Source of the DNA: Fidelibacterota bacterium
GTDB lineage: Bacteria; Fidelibacterota; Marinisomatia; Marinisomatales; TCS55
Length of the DNA: 64,000 bases
Direction of reading: 5' to 3'
NCBI GenBank assembly: GCA_012964665.1
Contig: DTTO01000060.1
Span: 4,522 to 68,521 of the forward strand
In this document: one piece after another, positions 63,616 to 64,000 of the stretch
Layout of the letters: each line of letters opens with the position of its first letter
How positions within the stretch are numbered: the first letter of the stretch is position 1
Program-made: the position numbers and the translations under genes
The notes under the pieces: generated by a model
What the model was told of the DNA's origin: nothing
The model's database searches: none
What the model saw: the letters and a program-made list of their open reading frames with translations, nothing else

Positions 63616-64000
63616 ATGGAACGAAAAATTGTTCATGTCGTTGGTACAGGTACCATTGGGGAACCATTGATAGGTTTACTGTGTGATTATTGTGATCAAC
63701 TTGGAATCGACGAAATTACTTTTAATAAAAATACGCCCCTTCGAAGTGATCGTTCAAAAGTTCTTGATTTATTGAAACGGGGTGCCCGTTTAGCCGTGAG
63801 TGAAGAGAGTAAAGATTCCTTTAAGGATTTGGGGATGGATCCTGAATTAGAAACAGTAGAAGCTATATCTAGGGCCTCCGTTGTTGTTGATTGCACACCT
63901 AGTGGTGTTGGGCATAGAAATAAAGAACAGTATTACAGCAAGTTTGCCGATAAGGTCAAAGGATTCATGGCTCAAGGCAGTGAAGATGGTTTTGGTATTA
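63616..64000 (+). CDS. 5' part of a Rossmann-fold dehydrogenase resembling type II (archaeal-type) glyceraldehyde-3-phosphate dehydrogenase; runs off the window
   Basis: AAGGAG lies 9 nt upstream of the ATG. VHVVGTGTIGEPL ... VVVDCTPSGVGHRNKEQYYSKF...AQGSE resembles the archaeal GAPDH pattern INGYGTIGKR ... VDCTP.G.G..NK..Y. No stop before the window end. Confidence 0.4.
   Translation, partial: MERKIVHVVGTGTIGEPLIGLLCDYCDQLGIDEITFNKNTPLRSDRSKVLDLLKRGARLAVSEESKDSFKDLGMDPELETVEAISRASVVVDCTPSGVGHRNKEQYYSKFADKVKGFMAQGSEDGFGI

Noticed and set aside
1-64000. CRISPR arrays, tRNA/rRNA genes, IS elements, integrases, toxin-antitoxin pairs, classic defence islands
   Set aside because: I scanned the intergenic regions, all under 300 nt, and the ORF products. 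I found no direct-repeat arrays, no tRNA-like T-arm sequences, no transposase/integrase/recombinase motifs and no small paired ORFs outside operon context.

Overview
This is a 64-kb, very gene-dense bacterial chromosomal segment of roughly 40% G+C, judged by eye. All ~70 credible genes lie on the + strand, and many start/stop codons abut or overlap (ATGA, TAATG, GTGA). I saw no tRNA/rRNA genes, CRISPR arrays, transposases or integrases.

The first 21 kb is housekeeping: HNH nuclease, trpS, scpAB, rluB-like, cmk, rpsA, tsaD, ugd, rfbC, serS, plsC, a heptose-phosphate adenylyltransferase, an MltD-like transglycosylase, sppA, HU/IHF, xseAB and nadK.

The centre, ~21.6-46.8 kb, holds two complete but divergent respiratory complex I operons in direct tandem.
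- Operon 1 is an 11-gene nuoABCDHIJKLMN set without nuoEFG.
- Operon 2 is a nuoABCDEFGHIJK...MN set in which the single nuoL is replaced by three genes. These are a NuoL/MrpA-class core without a lateral helix, an 81-aa 2-TM protein, and an MrpD/N-class core that carries the NuoL-type lateral helix but lacks the conserved TM7 lysine.
- NuoL of the three-pump operon 1 has an internally duplicated lateral-helix segment.
- This mismatch and the inserted module are the most unusual, possibly undescribed, features of the window.

Downstream lie apbE, a compositionally foreign (about 50-60% G+C) nhaD antiporter gene and a cofactor/isoprenoid block (PduO-type adenosyltransferase, nrnA, ispH, pdxST, dxs). 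These are followed by cstA and a methylmalonyl-CoA mutase catalytic subunit lacking a B12 domain. Last comes a variant System I cytochrome c maturation cluster: ccmE with CxxxY instead of HxxxY, ccmF, a mini ccmI-like gene and ccmABCD.

Two micro-ORFs missing from the ORF track are proposed: a bS22/THX-like basic peptide and ccmD. Gene content hints at a streamlined member of the FCB (Bacteroidota/Chlorobi/Ignavibacteria-like) radiation: an 11-subunit Nuo next to a 14-subunit Nuo, a possible TAnnTTTG promoter element and the basic micro-peptide. This cannot be established without database searches. All functional calls rest on motif recognition by eye; no similarity search was run.
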